From: an uncultured Candidatus Saccharibacteria bacterium
GTDB taxonomy: Bacteria; Patescibacteriota; Minisyncoccia; Phycocordibacterales; Zambryskibacteraceae
Direction: 5' to 3'
Assembly: GCA_964651655.1 (NCBI GenBank)
Contig: CAZYVS010000001.1
Coordinates: forward strand, 5,132 to 69,131
DNA length: 64,000 nucleotides
The notes under the pieces were generated by a model. The model was given only the letters and a program-made list of their open reading frames with translations. It ran no database searches and was not told the origin of the DNA. The position numbers and the translations under genes are program-made. The first letter of the stretch is position 1. The number at the start of each line of letters is the position of its first letter. Positions 20,052 through 29,430 of this stretch are shown here, in pieces.

Positions 20052-20882
20052 CTATCTTCGAACGCGAACGATATTGGTATTCACTGTGTTTGATACACCT
20101 GAATAGGCACTCGCGTTGCCGGTAACGACCGTGCCACCGTTGCCACCGTTAGCGGTACTGTTAGCATCACCACCATTTTTGGTTTTGGCCTTGCTCTTGG
20201 CATTGCCGCCTTGAGAGGCATTGTTGCCAGTTGAAGCCGAAGTGCTGACATTGTTGATGACAGTGGTGTTCTTGTTCTTGATGTCCACGTGAACATCACC
20301 GCCACAACATTTAGGCGGACAAGTCTTGACTTCAAATTTATATAAGAGTCCAGCTGGATTTGTACTTACGTTGTAAGTACCGACATTTTTTACTTCAATC
20401 CGTAGCGTATGATTCCCCGGTGTTACATTTGCCGTGAGATTATAAGGATCCTGTGTGGCGAGTGTGAAGTTCACGCTATTTATATCTCCCGCAACCGGCA
20501 CACCATCAATGAAGACCTCGTAGCTATTATCGGTGGCAATATCTAACTGCGCGGACAGTACCGTGCCAGAGACTGTAAAGTTCTGTTCGAACGCCACTAC
20601 TTCATTAGCCGCAGTCGCGCCGGATTTCCAAATCCAAGTCGCTCCCGGAATTGATGCCGTCCAAGCCGGGTGAACAGCCACCGCTGCTGGACTGCCTCCT
20701 ACAACAGTCGTGGTCAAGTCACTCACAGAAGTTTCAGTGACTGGGTTTGTGCATTCACAGGGAGGTGGAACAGGGTCGGCAAAAGCTGTTTTAATACCGA
20801 CTAGCAACATGGCGGACATGGCAATGATCGCCGCCATAATAATTATTTTGTGTAAATAATTATTTGTTTTATATGAATCCAT
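20052..20882 (-). CDS. secreted protein: galactose-binding-like beta-sandwich plus C-terminal repeat unit paralogous to 19268-19858
   Basis: ATWIW, DN-Y-V-IDG, NPAGLLY; same terminal VNTNIVRVRR. Confidence 0.7.
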   Translation of the reverse strand: MDSYKTNNYLHKIIIMAAIIAMSAMLLVGIKTAFADPVPPPCECTNPVTETSVSDLTTTVVGGSPAAVAVHPAWTASIPGATWIWKSGATAANEVVAFEQNFTVSGTVLSAQLDIATDNSYEVFIDGVPVAGDINSVNFTLATQDPYNLTANVTPGNHTLRIEVKNVGTYNVSTNPAGLLYKFEVKTCPPKCCGGDVHVDIKNKNTTVINNVSTSASTGNNASQGGNAKSKAKTKNGGDANSTANGGNGGTVVTGNASAYSGVSNTVNTNIVRVRR

Positions 20883-21168
20883 ATTTTTAAGTTTATTAAT
20901 TATTAATTTTTATGATTATTAATATCTACATACGCAAAAGCCACACGAGAAAACCGTGTGGCTTTTATTTCTAACTTTTCTTTTGTGTGGGAAACTCGTT
21001 GCATATCGCAAACTCACATATCTTCCGGTTTCCCCTCGAAAGATATCGTCTCTGAATACCCCTGTATTTTATATTCAACCGTTTCCCTGTGTCAAACCTA
21101 CTTATCCACATTACGGACATCAGATTTTCATAATTGCGATATAATAGAAATGACTTAATTCTGTAAAG

Positions 21169-21248
21169 AAAAACTCCCAGAAGGGACGCTAGATGGGAAA
21201 CTGACCCCTTTCAGGGTAAGTAATCTAACGTCCCTTCTGGGAGTTTTT
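21169..21248. repeat. long inverted repeat (26-bp arms, 1 mismatch)
   Basis: AAAAACTCCCAGAAGGGACGCTAGAT ... ATCTAACGTCCCTTCTGGGAGTTTTT. Confidence 0.8.
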
Positions 21249-21479
21249 GCATATATAATTCGTATGTATTTGGAAAGGGCTGATTTTTCTGTCAGAAGAA
21301 TACACTTATGACCTTTAGATGTCAAGGACTTTTCCAATCTGCATATTTTGACCCTTCAAAAATAACTCTGCATAATTTAAAAATAATCTGTCCTTTATCT
21401 TCTTACCCATACCCCCACACAAGACTTTTATAAAAACGAAACGGGGGCGCGATTGGCCCCCGTTCGAACCAGACACCAC

Positions 21480-21797
21480 TCATGTTCTCTCCCCTCTTTG
21501 GTAGAGAACGATTAATTTTCCATTTACCTTTCTGGAAATTAACTCGATATCGTTATCCCGAAAGGTCCAATAATTCACTTCCACCATACGAATCTTAGTC
21601 ACAACCCAAAGATCCGCTTTGGTGAAATGAAGTATTGCTACCGCAAGAAAAGGAGCGAGTAGAATGGTCTCACGTTGTTCCGGTTGTTCCGCCTTCATCT
21701 CTTCCTTCAGATCTTGCGGTATTTGAGAAACTTGCGCTGACACTACCGTTATGTCACCAATGGCGAGAAACAAGGCAATTATCACCATTTTTCTCAT
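21480..21797 (-). CDS. hypothetical secreted protein
   Basis: Strong SD (AGGAGG), signal-peptide-like N-terminus, downstream hairpin. Confidence 0.55.
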   Translation of the reverse strand: MRKMVIIALFLAIGDITVVSAQVSQIPQDLKEEMKAEQPEQRETILLAPFLAVAILHFTKADLWVVTKIRMVEVNYWTFRDNDIELISRKVNGKLIVLYQRGERT

Positions 21798-21923
21798 ATG
21801 ACCTCCTTCCTTCTTTCTACCAATCTAAAACAAATAATACACTCGTATTTTATATTTACCACAAACAAAAAAGAGGGCCGAGGGCTGATAATCGCCAGCC
21901 CTCGGCCCGTTCCCCATCCTCAT

Positions 21924-22226
21924 TCACACCTCCCCGAAATTAAGAGCTAACTGGACATGTACACTCTGTTTGGCGAGCGATTCCTCTTCCAAACAAGAAA
22001 TGTGATATAACCCACCCTTGTGACTTATGGCATTTCTGCCGGTTATGTCCACAAACTTCCGACACCATATGCATGGCGAGCTCTTAATGAAAAGCTCGTA
22101 GCAGTCGGGGTGCATCACCCCAATCGCCACTTCGACATGCCAATCAGACTCATCCACCTCCCTTATACATCTCGCGTAAGCGCAACAAGCCATAATATTA
22201 GCCTCCTTCCATTTTTGCTGAACCAA
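21924..22226 (-). CDS. small Cys/His-rich protein (two CxxC...HxxC zinc-finger-like units)
   Basis: CAYARC...HPDC and CIWC...HISC; downstream GC hairpin plus T-run on - strand. Confidence 0.5.
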   Translation of the reverse strand: MVQQKWKEANIMACCAYARCIREVDESDWHVEVAIGVMHPDCYELFIKSSPCIWCRKFVDITGRNAISHKGGLYHISCLEEESLAKQSVHVQLALNFGEV

Positions 22227-22323
22227 TTTGAACTAAAATGTCTATTTTCATTATATACTTTATTATATAAAAGATTAAGCGGAGACAATATTGTCTCCGC
22301 TAGACCACCTCCTTTCTAACTCG

Positions 22324-22569
22324 TTAATACACGCTACCGGAGCGTCGCCGGGCCAACCTAGTCTGCGTAGACTTAAAGCGTTGCAGGATATCGCGGCGCC
22401 GGGTAAGCTTAACCTCTGAAATCTCAAGCCGTCTTGTTTCGAGCTTAAAATACCCGTTGTATCCGGAGTATCCTATGTTCGTATTCGGCACCGTTTGTCT
22501 GGCCTCATAAACTTTCCCATCTTTAACAAAAAAGATCTTGCATCCCAAGGGCCAATTCTGACGTTTCAT
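22324..22569 (-). CDS. hypothetical basic protein
   Basis: GGAGG SD before ATG; 81 aa. Confidence 0.45.
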   Translation of the reverse strand: MKRQNWPLGCKIFFVKDGKVYEARQTVPNTNIGYSGYNGYFKLETRRLEISEVKLTRRRDILQRFKSTQTRLARRRSGSVY

Positions 22570-22767
22570 TTTTCCTCCGATCTTAACTTAAAAACCAAAA
22601 GTCTATTTTAATTATACACATATTGATTATACAAAAAAGAGACCGGATGGCCTCCGTATTGGATGGGGAACCGAGAACCGGCATTGTCGGTTCTCGGCTC
22701 CATTTTTTAGGTAGGAAGGGGCTGGGATTCCCCCTGGCAAGGAGGTAGATATGAATCACCTCCTCTC

Positions 22768-22974
22768 TTAGCAAGTTCCGATACCCATTCCAACACCCAT
22801 GGGGTCGTCCATAAATTCATCGTACCAACTTTCGTCGGTGCTTCCCAACCCCAAAGCGTTGCAGAATATCGCCACGTCTCGCTGGCTTAATCCGTTCTGT
22901 TTTGGGTTGTCTTTCAACTCGAACGGAGAAATCAGTGACACTCCAGTGATATAAAACGGAGAATTTGTGCTCAT
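22768..22974 (-). CDS. hypothetical protein
   Basis: GGAGG SD before ATG 22974 (MSTNSPFY...); ORF track extends to 23043. Confidence 0.35.
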   Translation of the reverse strand: MSTNSPFYITGVSLISPFELKDNPKQNGLSQRDVAIFCNALGLGSTDESWYDEFMDDPMGVGMGIGTC

Positions 22975-23261
22975 ACACCCTCCCATCTGTTCCCTTACGA
23001 AACTCCTTACAGGGAGATGCCTCACTTTTTTCTTCTTCGTCATCCTTCTCCTCCTTCACTTTCTATATTTCCTCCCCTCTTTTTTCCCATTCCACCAGTA
23101 TGCAACATCCAGCCAATACCACTGGATGTTGGCGCGCAGAACCCTCCAGAGCGCTCTCATGTTTCCTCCTCCTTTCCCTATATAATCCTTCATCTACGGC
23201 AGTCTAACCCCATAATACACCTGCACTTTCTTATCTGCTACTAGAGTTGAAGTGGGTTGAT

Positions 23262-23582
23262 TTATTTAACACGCAGACGAGCTGCGATAGCAAAGTGTAT
23301 AAAATATCTCTCAAGGTCTGACAGACTCGTCTTGTATTTGTTCTCTCCCCAAATAATATCGCAGAAAATTTCTCTAGCTCTTCCCACCTCTCGCAACCGA
23401 CCAAGCCATCTTCTATCTCTAAGAGTTAAGTCAAAGAGTTCTAAGGCTCTATTGGCCGCACTGAAAAAACCATTAGAATCCTTACCATCAAGTTTAGCCA
23501 CTCTCCCAACTTCACTACCGATGTTACCCATTTGCTCAATAAGAGAAAATTTGTCCCAACTTTCCTTAAGACTTTCTCGCAT
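23262..23582 (-). CDS. conserved hypothetical helical protein
   Basis: EQMGNIGSEVGR...RALELFDLT...RARE pattern; 5 bp downstream of the DUF5674-like gene. Confidence 0.65.
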   Translation of the reverse strand: MRESLKESWDKFSLIEQMGNIGSEVGRVAKLDGKDSNGFFSAANRALELFDLTLRDRRWLGRLREVGRAREIFCDIIWGENKYKTSLSDLERYFIHFAIAARLRVK

Positions 23583-23587
23583 AAAAC

Positions 23588-23953
23588 TTACTGTTTTACT
23601 CTAGTATTTACAATTGATATTATTTTTTTTCGTACGGCTTCATCTTCTACTCCACGGCTAGTATTACCCGAAAGTGGTTTCAGATTTATCATGGAGTCAA
23701 ACTCAATACATTGATTTCCAGTTTTATCAAGATTTAAATTGATACCCCAAGTATTGTCTCTTTTAGAACCCTTCGTTTCAAGTAATAAAGTCTCGAGGTC
23801 AGAGTGGAATTCTCCCCCCAAAGCCATAATTTCCTGTTCTACATCAATGACTGCTTTGATAATAGTGATAAATTGTTCATGAGCGAGAGTTTTGAGCGTT
23901 TCAAGAGTAATGCTATCCTCAACAATTTTAATCCTAGTTTTATCGTTATCCAT
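23588..23953 (-). CDS. DUF5674-like protein
   Basis: IKAVIDVE...GGEFHSDLE...WGINL...EFDSMIN-KP. Confidence 0.7.
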   Translation of the reverse strand: MDNDKTRIKIVEDSITLETLKTLAHEQFITIIKAVIDVEQEIMALGGEFHSDLETLLLETKGSKRDNTWGINLNLDKTGNQCIEFDSMINLKPLSGNTSRGVEDEAVRKKIISIVNTRVKQ

Positions 23954-23968
23954 GATTGATATTATACC

Positions 23969-25333
23969 TCACGATTTAAGTATTTTAATTTTCGCGCCAA
24001 TTTTGTTTAATCGCCCCACGATATCCTCATAACCGCGCTTGATGGCATAAACGTTTCGTAAGATTGACTTCCCTTCCGCCCCAAGCATGGCCACCATAAG
24101 CATCACCGCCGGCCGAAGCGCCGGAGGACAAACAATCTGCGCGCCCTTGAGACGAGACGGCCCGTCAACAAAAACGCGATGAGGGTCAGCCAAGCGAACG
24201 GTCGCTCCAAGGCGATTAAGCTCGATAAAGAAAACGGCTCTGTCCTCCCACATCCAATCATGTATCAGCGTGCTACCCTCAGCTTGCGTGGCGATCGGGA
24301 CAAAAAAGGGGAGGTTGTCGGTATTGATGCCCGGGTACGGCTGGGCGTGAATCTTGTCGTGAAGCGCTGTTAATTTGGAAGGTTTGATGATCAGATCAAT
24401 AAGTTTGGTCCGGCCATTGGCGGCTAAATATGTTTTGGATATATCGTAACGCAATCCCATTTTTTCAAGCTTAAGAAGTTCCAGTTTAAGAAAATCAATG
24501 GGCGCTCTTTTAATCACAAGTTTAGAATGGGTCACGATGGCCGCGGTGATAAAAAGCATGGCCTCTATAGGGTCCTCGCTGTTGGAATATTCAATATCCT
24601 TTTTGATATTTGGATTACCCTCTATCACAAGCCTCTTTGTCCCGATACCATCTATTTTTATTCCCAATTTCTGTAAAAAATAACATACCTCAAGCACCAT
24701 ATAATTCTGTTGGGCGAAATCTATAGTGGTTTGCTGCGGCCCGCCTGTCGGCGAGGCAGGCAGAACAGCCGCCCGCAAGATGGCGTTGGTGGTGCCGGTA
24801 TCAGACGCTTCATACATCACCACCTCTTTTTTCGCCCGCCCATTTTGTGTTTGTGAGATGTGGTAGAAGTTTTCCTTGGTTACGATTTTTAACCCCAAAT
24901 CTTCAAGCGCGTAGCGGTGAGCGGCGATAGTTCTCTCTCCCATTTGACAGCCACCGATGTGAGGTAATTTGAAAGATTTTAACCTGTTAGAAAGCGGTCC
25001 GATAAGCATCAGAGCAGAACGAATTTTGCCAGTGGAATGACTGTTGATTTGTGAGATAGAAAAGGTTTTCGGCGGTTCAATGGTGAGAGTATTTTTGTCA
25101 ATCCATACCACTCTGATACTCAAACTCTTGAAAATTTCTATAAATCGGTTGACTTCCTCGATTCGGGGAATATTTTTTAAAGTAGTTTGGCCGCGATTCA
25201 CAAGAGCGGCGGCAAAGAGATGGGTGGCGCCGTTTTTGGAAGCGTTAGTGGTAATAGAACCGGAAAGTTTGTGTCCGCCCTCTATTTCAAAGTCGTCTTT
25301 TTCATCCCGCCAATTAATCGAAGTGGGGGCCAT
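23969..25333 (-). CDS. murA: UDP-N-acetylglucosamine 1-carboxyvinyltransferase
   Basis: SKN, GGCQMGER catalytic-Cys loop, PYPGINTD, RGYE. Confidence 0.92.
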   Translation of the reverse strand: MAPTSINWRDEKDDFEIEGGHKLSGSITTNASKNGATHLFAAALVNRGQTTLKNIPRIEEVNRFIEIFKSLSIRVVWIDKNTLTIEPPKTFSISQINSHSTGKIRSALMLIGPLSNRLKSFKLPHIGGCQMGERTIAAHRYALEDLGLKIVTKENFYHISQTQNGRAKKEVVMYEASDTGTTNAILRAAVLPASPTGGPQQTTIDFAQQNYMVLEVCYFLQKLGIKIDGIGTKRLVIEGNPNIKKDIEYSNSEDPIEAMLFITAAIVTHSKLVIKRAPIDFLKLELLKLEKMGLRYDISKTYLAANGRTKLIDLIIKPSKLTALHDKIHAQPYPGINTDNLPFFVPIATQAEGSTLIHDWMWEDRAVFFIELNRLGATVRLADPHRVFVDGPSRLKGAQIVCPPALRPAVMLMVAMLGAEGKSILRNVYAIKRGYEDIVGRLNKIGAKIKILKS

Positions 25334-25375
25334 CGTCCGTACAATATATCATACGGCGGGCAGATTTAAGGAGTC

Positions 25376-25795
25376 TTATGACCGACGCGAACCTTTGAGG
25401 GCCAGTAAGATTAAGACTAGGATGTAAATTAAATGGTCGTCTATCAGAGGATTATTTTCTGGTGGCAGAACGGCCAAATACATCAGGAAGAGCATGACAC
25501 TGCCGGCGACAGCGCCCCAAAAAACAAACCGATTAAATAACAAAGTCAAACCAACGAAGAGAAGTCCCGTCATAAACAGCCAGTCAACAGCCGCCACCCC
25601 GGCCAATCCCTTAAAAAGAGGTTCCAACGGCCCGCGGGTGGCATTCAAGAGAAACCCGGATGTCGGCGAACCTCCGCTCAACCAAGCATTCTCCGATTTG
25701 GTGGCAAATCCGAGCCCTAGTAACTTATCAACAAAAGCCCAAAGAAAAATCAAACCCATCGCCAGACGCAAAACTAACCAAGTGATTTTTTTCAT
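25376..25795 (-). CDS. DoxX family membrane protein
   Basis: LRLAMGLIFLWAFVDK...GGSPT...NPLIDDH. Confidence 0.8.
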   Translation of the reverse strand: MKKITWLVLRLAMGLIFLWAFVDKLLGLGFATKSENAWLSGGSPTSGFLLNATRGPLEPLFKGLAGVAAVDWLFMTGLLFVGLTLLFNRFVFWGAVAGSVMLFLMYLAVLPPENNPLIDDHLIYILVLILLALKGSRRS

Positions 25796-25807
25796 ACCCC
25801 TATCCTA

Positions 25808-26620
25808 TTACTGAACCCAAGTGACGAAGGTGAAAACTTTTTCTCCCCTACCTAAATCACGAACATGGAGCGAGTTTCTGCCTCGCGCGTCTTGTCTGAT
25901 TGCCCTTCCCCAGGCCGACGGATTATCAAGATTAATATCTTGGAGGTCCACTCCGTTAATACCCATAATGCCTGCGAACCTGCCCGGACCGGAAGTTGTT
26001 TGCCCTATGGTAGTGGTACCGTCAAGATGGGCATAAATAGTTTCTATCTGTTCGAAATCGTGCTCGTTGGGATGTTCATTAGAAGGCGGGCCGTCCGGGT
26101 TGCTGGTATAGTCCATGCAACTGCCTAAATTAGCGTTGTCGAAGTTCTCGTCTTGATGGTCAAGACCAAAGTCGTGAGCTATTTCTTGACACATAACCAA
26201 CCTGCGCCAGGCGGGAGTATTATAGGTACTTGTGTTGAAGTAAGTATCATTAACCTTGGAAATAGCTTTGGTAATGTGCAAACCGGAAACCCAAATTTGA
26301 GCGAGACCCAGCCAGCCGGTATTACCATAACGCTCCGAACAAACTTCAATTTGTCCGGTTTTCGCCTTACAAGTGCGCGGCCTGGTGCTGCCGGTAACTT
26401 TCGTTAAATCAAGTATCGAGGATGCGCTCCAATCGCTGATAGCTTCATCTAAATACGAGTCCCACGTAGAAGAAACGTTATCCCCAACCTTTAGGGTAAA
26501 TGGGTTACTCGTCCGCGCCCAGTGATAACCTCCCCATGAATGGTTTGCCGAGGCGGTTGATGGTAAACCGCTGAAAGAAAGCGCTAAAACCGCGAAAATT
26601 GCTATTTTTTTCAACTGCAT
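25808..26620 (-). CDS. secreted metzincin/matrixin-like metalloprotease (QExxH variant)
   Basis: Signal peptide; CQEIAHDFGLDH plus SCM Met-turn. Confidence 0.7.
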   Translation of the reverse strand: MQLKKIAIFAVLALSFSGLPSTASANHSWGGYHWARTSNPFTLKVGDNVSSTWDSYLDEAISDWSASSILDLTKVTGSTRPRTCKAKTGQIEVCSERYGNTGWLGLAQIWVSGLHITKAISKVNDTYFNTSTYNTPAWRRLVMCQEIAHDFGLDHQDENFDNANLGSCMDYTSNPDGPPSNEHPNEHDFEQIETIYAHLDGTTTIGQTTSGPGRFAGIMGINGVDLQDINLDNPSAWGRAIRQDARGRNSLHVRDLGRGEKVFTFVTWVQ

Positions 26621-26836
26621 ATTCGTAATTATTTTAATTGAATCTTAATACTTAATAATATACAGTATACACCATATCTCAATCGGCGCTAGGCTTGGAA
26701 TTAGTCAGTCTCTTTTACCGATTACGTTATTTCTTGCCTATAGGCATAAGATAACGTATTGACATTTATACCAAGCGAACTGGAAGCGGGATGCGGTATA
26801 TAACTTTTTGTTATAACACGTGGTAGAATTAACATT

Positions 26837-27253
26837 ATGTGGATAGGTTATGCCCTTTTATCAGCCGTCTTCGCCGCCGCTGTCGCCATTTTAGGCAAAA
26901 TCGGTTTGAAAAATATTGATTCAACTCTGGCCACCACTATCAGAGCGGCGGTAATGGCAATTTTCCTTCTTGGCGCATCGGTCGTATTGCAAAAATTTTC
27001 ACTCATCAAAACGGTCGGCAGCGAGACTCTGACATTTATCATTTTCTCCGGTGTGGCCGGAGCACTCTCGTGGCTTTTCTATTTTCTAGCGCTTAAGAAC
27101 GGCCCGGCTACCGCCGTCGCCGCCCTTGACAGATTAAGTGTTGTCTTTGTGGTTATCCTGGCCGCAATGTTTCTCGGTGAAGCTCTGACTCTGAAATCCG
27201 TCTCCGGCCTAATTTTACTTGTTCTTGGAGCAATCTTGCTGGTTTGGAAGTAA
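26837..27253 (+). CDS. EamA/DMT family transporter (single domain)
   Basis: Five TM helices, DSTLATTIR, DRLSVV...LGE. Confidence 0.88.
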   Translation: MWIGYALLSAVFAAAVAILGKIGLKNIDSTLATTIRAAVMAIFLLGASVVLQKFSLIKTVGSETLTFIIFSGVAGALSWLFYFLALKNGPATAVAALDRLSVVFVVILAAMFLGEALTLKSVSGLILLVLGAILLVWK

Positions 27254-27255
27254 TT

Positions 27256-28038
27256 TTAATTTTTCAAATTTTCCTCGAGAAAAATCAATACCTTGGCCCA
27301 GGCATCTTTGGTTTCATTCGGCGCATGATTCACGCCCGACGGATTGGCAAAGGCGTGTCCGACTCCCGGGTAAATATAAATTTCGTTCTTAACACCCAAA
27401 GTGTTGAGGGACGACTCAAAGGAATGCACCGTTTCAACCGGTATTGATTGATCCTGGTCCCCAAAGATGCCGAGCACCGGCCATTTGATAGGTTTAAGTT
27501 TGTCCGTTGCCGTGGCTAGACCACTGCCATAATAGACAACCGTTGCGTCAAGTTTGGCACCGGAAATCGCCAGTTCCACAGACTGCTTTCCGCCAAAACA
27601 CCAACCGAGCGAAGCCACCTTGAGAGCGCCCGCTTGGCGCAGAAAACTTACCGCCGCTTTCAAATTCTCCAAAGCCTTGACTTGATCAAGTTCAGCTGTT
27701 TGAGTTCGCGCTTCGTCCGGAGTGGTCGCCACCTTACCAAAGAGATCCACGGCAAGCACTCTATAACCTTCTTTTGCCAACTCTTTGGCCATATCTTTTA
27801 TCTGGTCATTAAGACCCCACCACTCGTGGATCATTACCACTCCGGGATATTCACCTTCTTTTTCCGGATAAACATAGAATCCTTGCGTGTTAGTAAAATA
27901 GGTAACATCTTCTTCAACGGTCGCTATGCCGTCCTTTGAAAGCATTTCCACATTTTTCATTTCTCCTGTATCTTTTTTCATATAAATTAAGACCGCTACA
28001 CCGACAATAATAATGAGTATTATAATATTTTTTATCAT
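27256..28038 (-). CDS. dienelactone hydrolase family protein
   Basis: HEWWGLN, GWCFGG, HAFANPS; likely start ATG 28038. Confidence 0.9.
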   Translation of the reverse strand: MIKNIIILIIIVGVAVLIYMKKDTGEMKNVEMLSKDGIATVEEDVTYFTNTQGFYVYPEKEGEYPGVVMIHEWWGLNDQIKDMAKELAKEGYRVLAVDLFGKVATTPDEARTQTAELDQVKALENLKAAVSFLRQAGALKVASLGWCFGGKQSVELAISGAKLDATVVYYGSGLATATDKLKPIKWPVLGIFGDQDQSIPVETVHSFESSLNTLGVKNEIYIYPGVGHAFANPSGVNHAPNETKDAWAKVLIFLEENLKN

Positions 28039-28043
28039 AACTA

Positions 28044-28619
28044 TTATTTTATCATTCCTAACACGGCTTTGAGAGCTGAGGGTAACTCCCACACAGCAGG
28101 GTCTTCTTCGTTGAAATGTCCTTTGTTATGTTCCACAATTATCTTGGCACCAACTCTGTTTTTCCAAGATTCTTGATTTTCCGGTAAAACATATGGGTCA
28201 TTATCTGAAAAAATTGCTACTGCTTTATTGACAGCATTTCGTATCTTGTCATCATTGAGTGGGGTATTCACCCACGGCCCAGCGATTCGTTCTTCCTCCT
28301 CAGTTTCTAGATTACGAAGATTATAAAATCCGGCCACAAAGACAGCTCCACCGATCTTAACACCCTCCGGCAAAGTTTCGAGATATCTAATGATAGTTTG
28401 ACAACCGATACTATGTCCGACAAAAAATGTATTGGAATCAGGCATACCAACTACTTGTTTTAGAAATGATACCCAAGTTTCTATTTTGGGCTCTGCTGTA
28501 TTGGGCATCGCTGGCACAAAAACCTCAAATCCCTTTGCTTCCAGCTCTTTTTTGATCCATGGAAACCACGCCTCATCCGGACGTCCTCCCCAACCGTGTA
28601 CTATAAAAACTCTTTTCAT
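28044..28619 (-). CDS. YdeN/RBBP9-like alpha/beta hydrolase
   Basis: VHGWGG, GHSIG, SDNDPYV, GHF. Confidence 0.9.
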   Translation of the reverse strand: MKRVFIVHGWGGRPDEAWFPWIKKELEAKGFEVFVPAMPNTAEPKIETWVSFLKQVVGMPDSNTFFVGHSIGCQTIIRYLETLPEGVKIGGAVFVAGFYNLRNLETEEEERIAGPWVNTPLNDDKIRNAVNKAVAIFSDNDPYVLPENQESWKNRVGAKIIVEHNKGHFNEEDPAVWELPSALKAVLGMIK

Positions 28620-29053
28620 AAATCTAAGCTCTTCTTATCATAACCATAGTTCTCTTCATCTACCAGATCAATTTTAGTTGTTCGGAGTATATACCAGGAA
28701 TCTCCTTGCAAAATATCTTCATTTTCTTTTGGTTCTGGATAATCCCTTTTGGTTAAATGTTTGATAGCTAGATCATGTCTTGCTCCATCAATCTTTTCTG
28801 CTTTACCGGAAAATTGTATACCTAAATTTGGCTCCTTACTCTTGTTACTCACAGTAATAGTCCCCGCTACCTGACTATTTTCAATCAAAGCCTTCGAGTG
28901 TCGCACATCCGGATCAGACATCCAGTAGATATTTAAATCTTCATCGTAAACATAGACTAGATCGGCTACCCATAAACCACTCTCGTCTTGCGTCGCCAAA
29001 CTCATCAAGTGTCCCTTATCTAAAACTTCTAATATTTTAGTTTTTATATCCAT
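28616..29053 (-). CDS. pyridoxamine 5'-phosphate oxidase-like FMN-binding protein (YhbP-like)
   Basis: MSLAT...W...YWMS...RHS...VAGTI...GIQFSG. Confidence 0.75.
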   Translation of the reverse strand: MDIKTKILEVLDKGHLMSLATQDESGLWVADLVYVYDEDLNIYWMSDPDVRHSKALIENSQVAGTITVSNKSKEPNLGIQFSGKAEKIDGARHDLAIKHLTKRDYPEPKENEDILQGDSWYILRTTKIDLVDEENYGYDKKSLDL

Positions 29054-29383
29054 TTAATTATCTTTCAAGGAAATTACTTGTATTCCTTTATCATCAATAT
29101 CTTCTCTGGGCCAAAACTTTGTCAAATCATCAATCTTCCACTTGCCGATATATCCAACTTTTTTCTCCAATTGTCTGCCTGTATAATTTTTTGTCCCAGG
29201 ATCCCATTCTCTAAGCACTAAAATATCTCCTTCAGCAATATCGAAGTCATTTAAACGCCACTCAAATGTCTTCCTGCCATCAAGGATGGCTTGAAAATAT
29301 TCCGGCCAAACTTTTTTTTCTATTTTTAACATATTATTTGGGCTGACCTCCTCGGTCTCATAAATTATACCGTTAAGCTTCAT
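29054..29383 (-). CDS. ASCH/PUA (DUF3850) domain protein
   Basis: KVWPEYFQAILDGRKTFEWRLNDF..GD.L.LREW...YTGR; start may be 29332. Confidence 0.8.
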   Translation of the reverse strand: MKLNGIIYETEEVSPNNMLKIEKKVWPEYFQAILDGRKTFEWRLNDFDIAEGDILVLREWDPGTKNYTGRQLEKKVGYIGKWKIDDLTKFWPREDIDDKGIQVISLKDN

Positions 29384-29430
29384 AAGGATTTTTGATTACT
29401 TTTATTCTACCGTTTTGACGTTCCTTGGAA

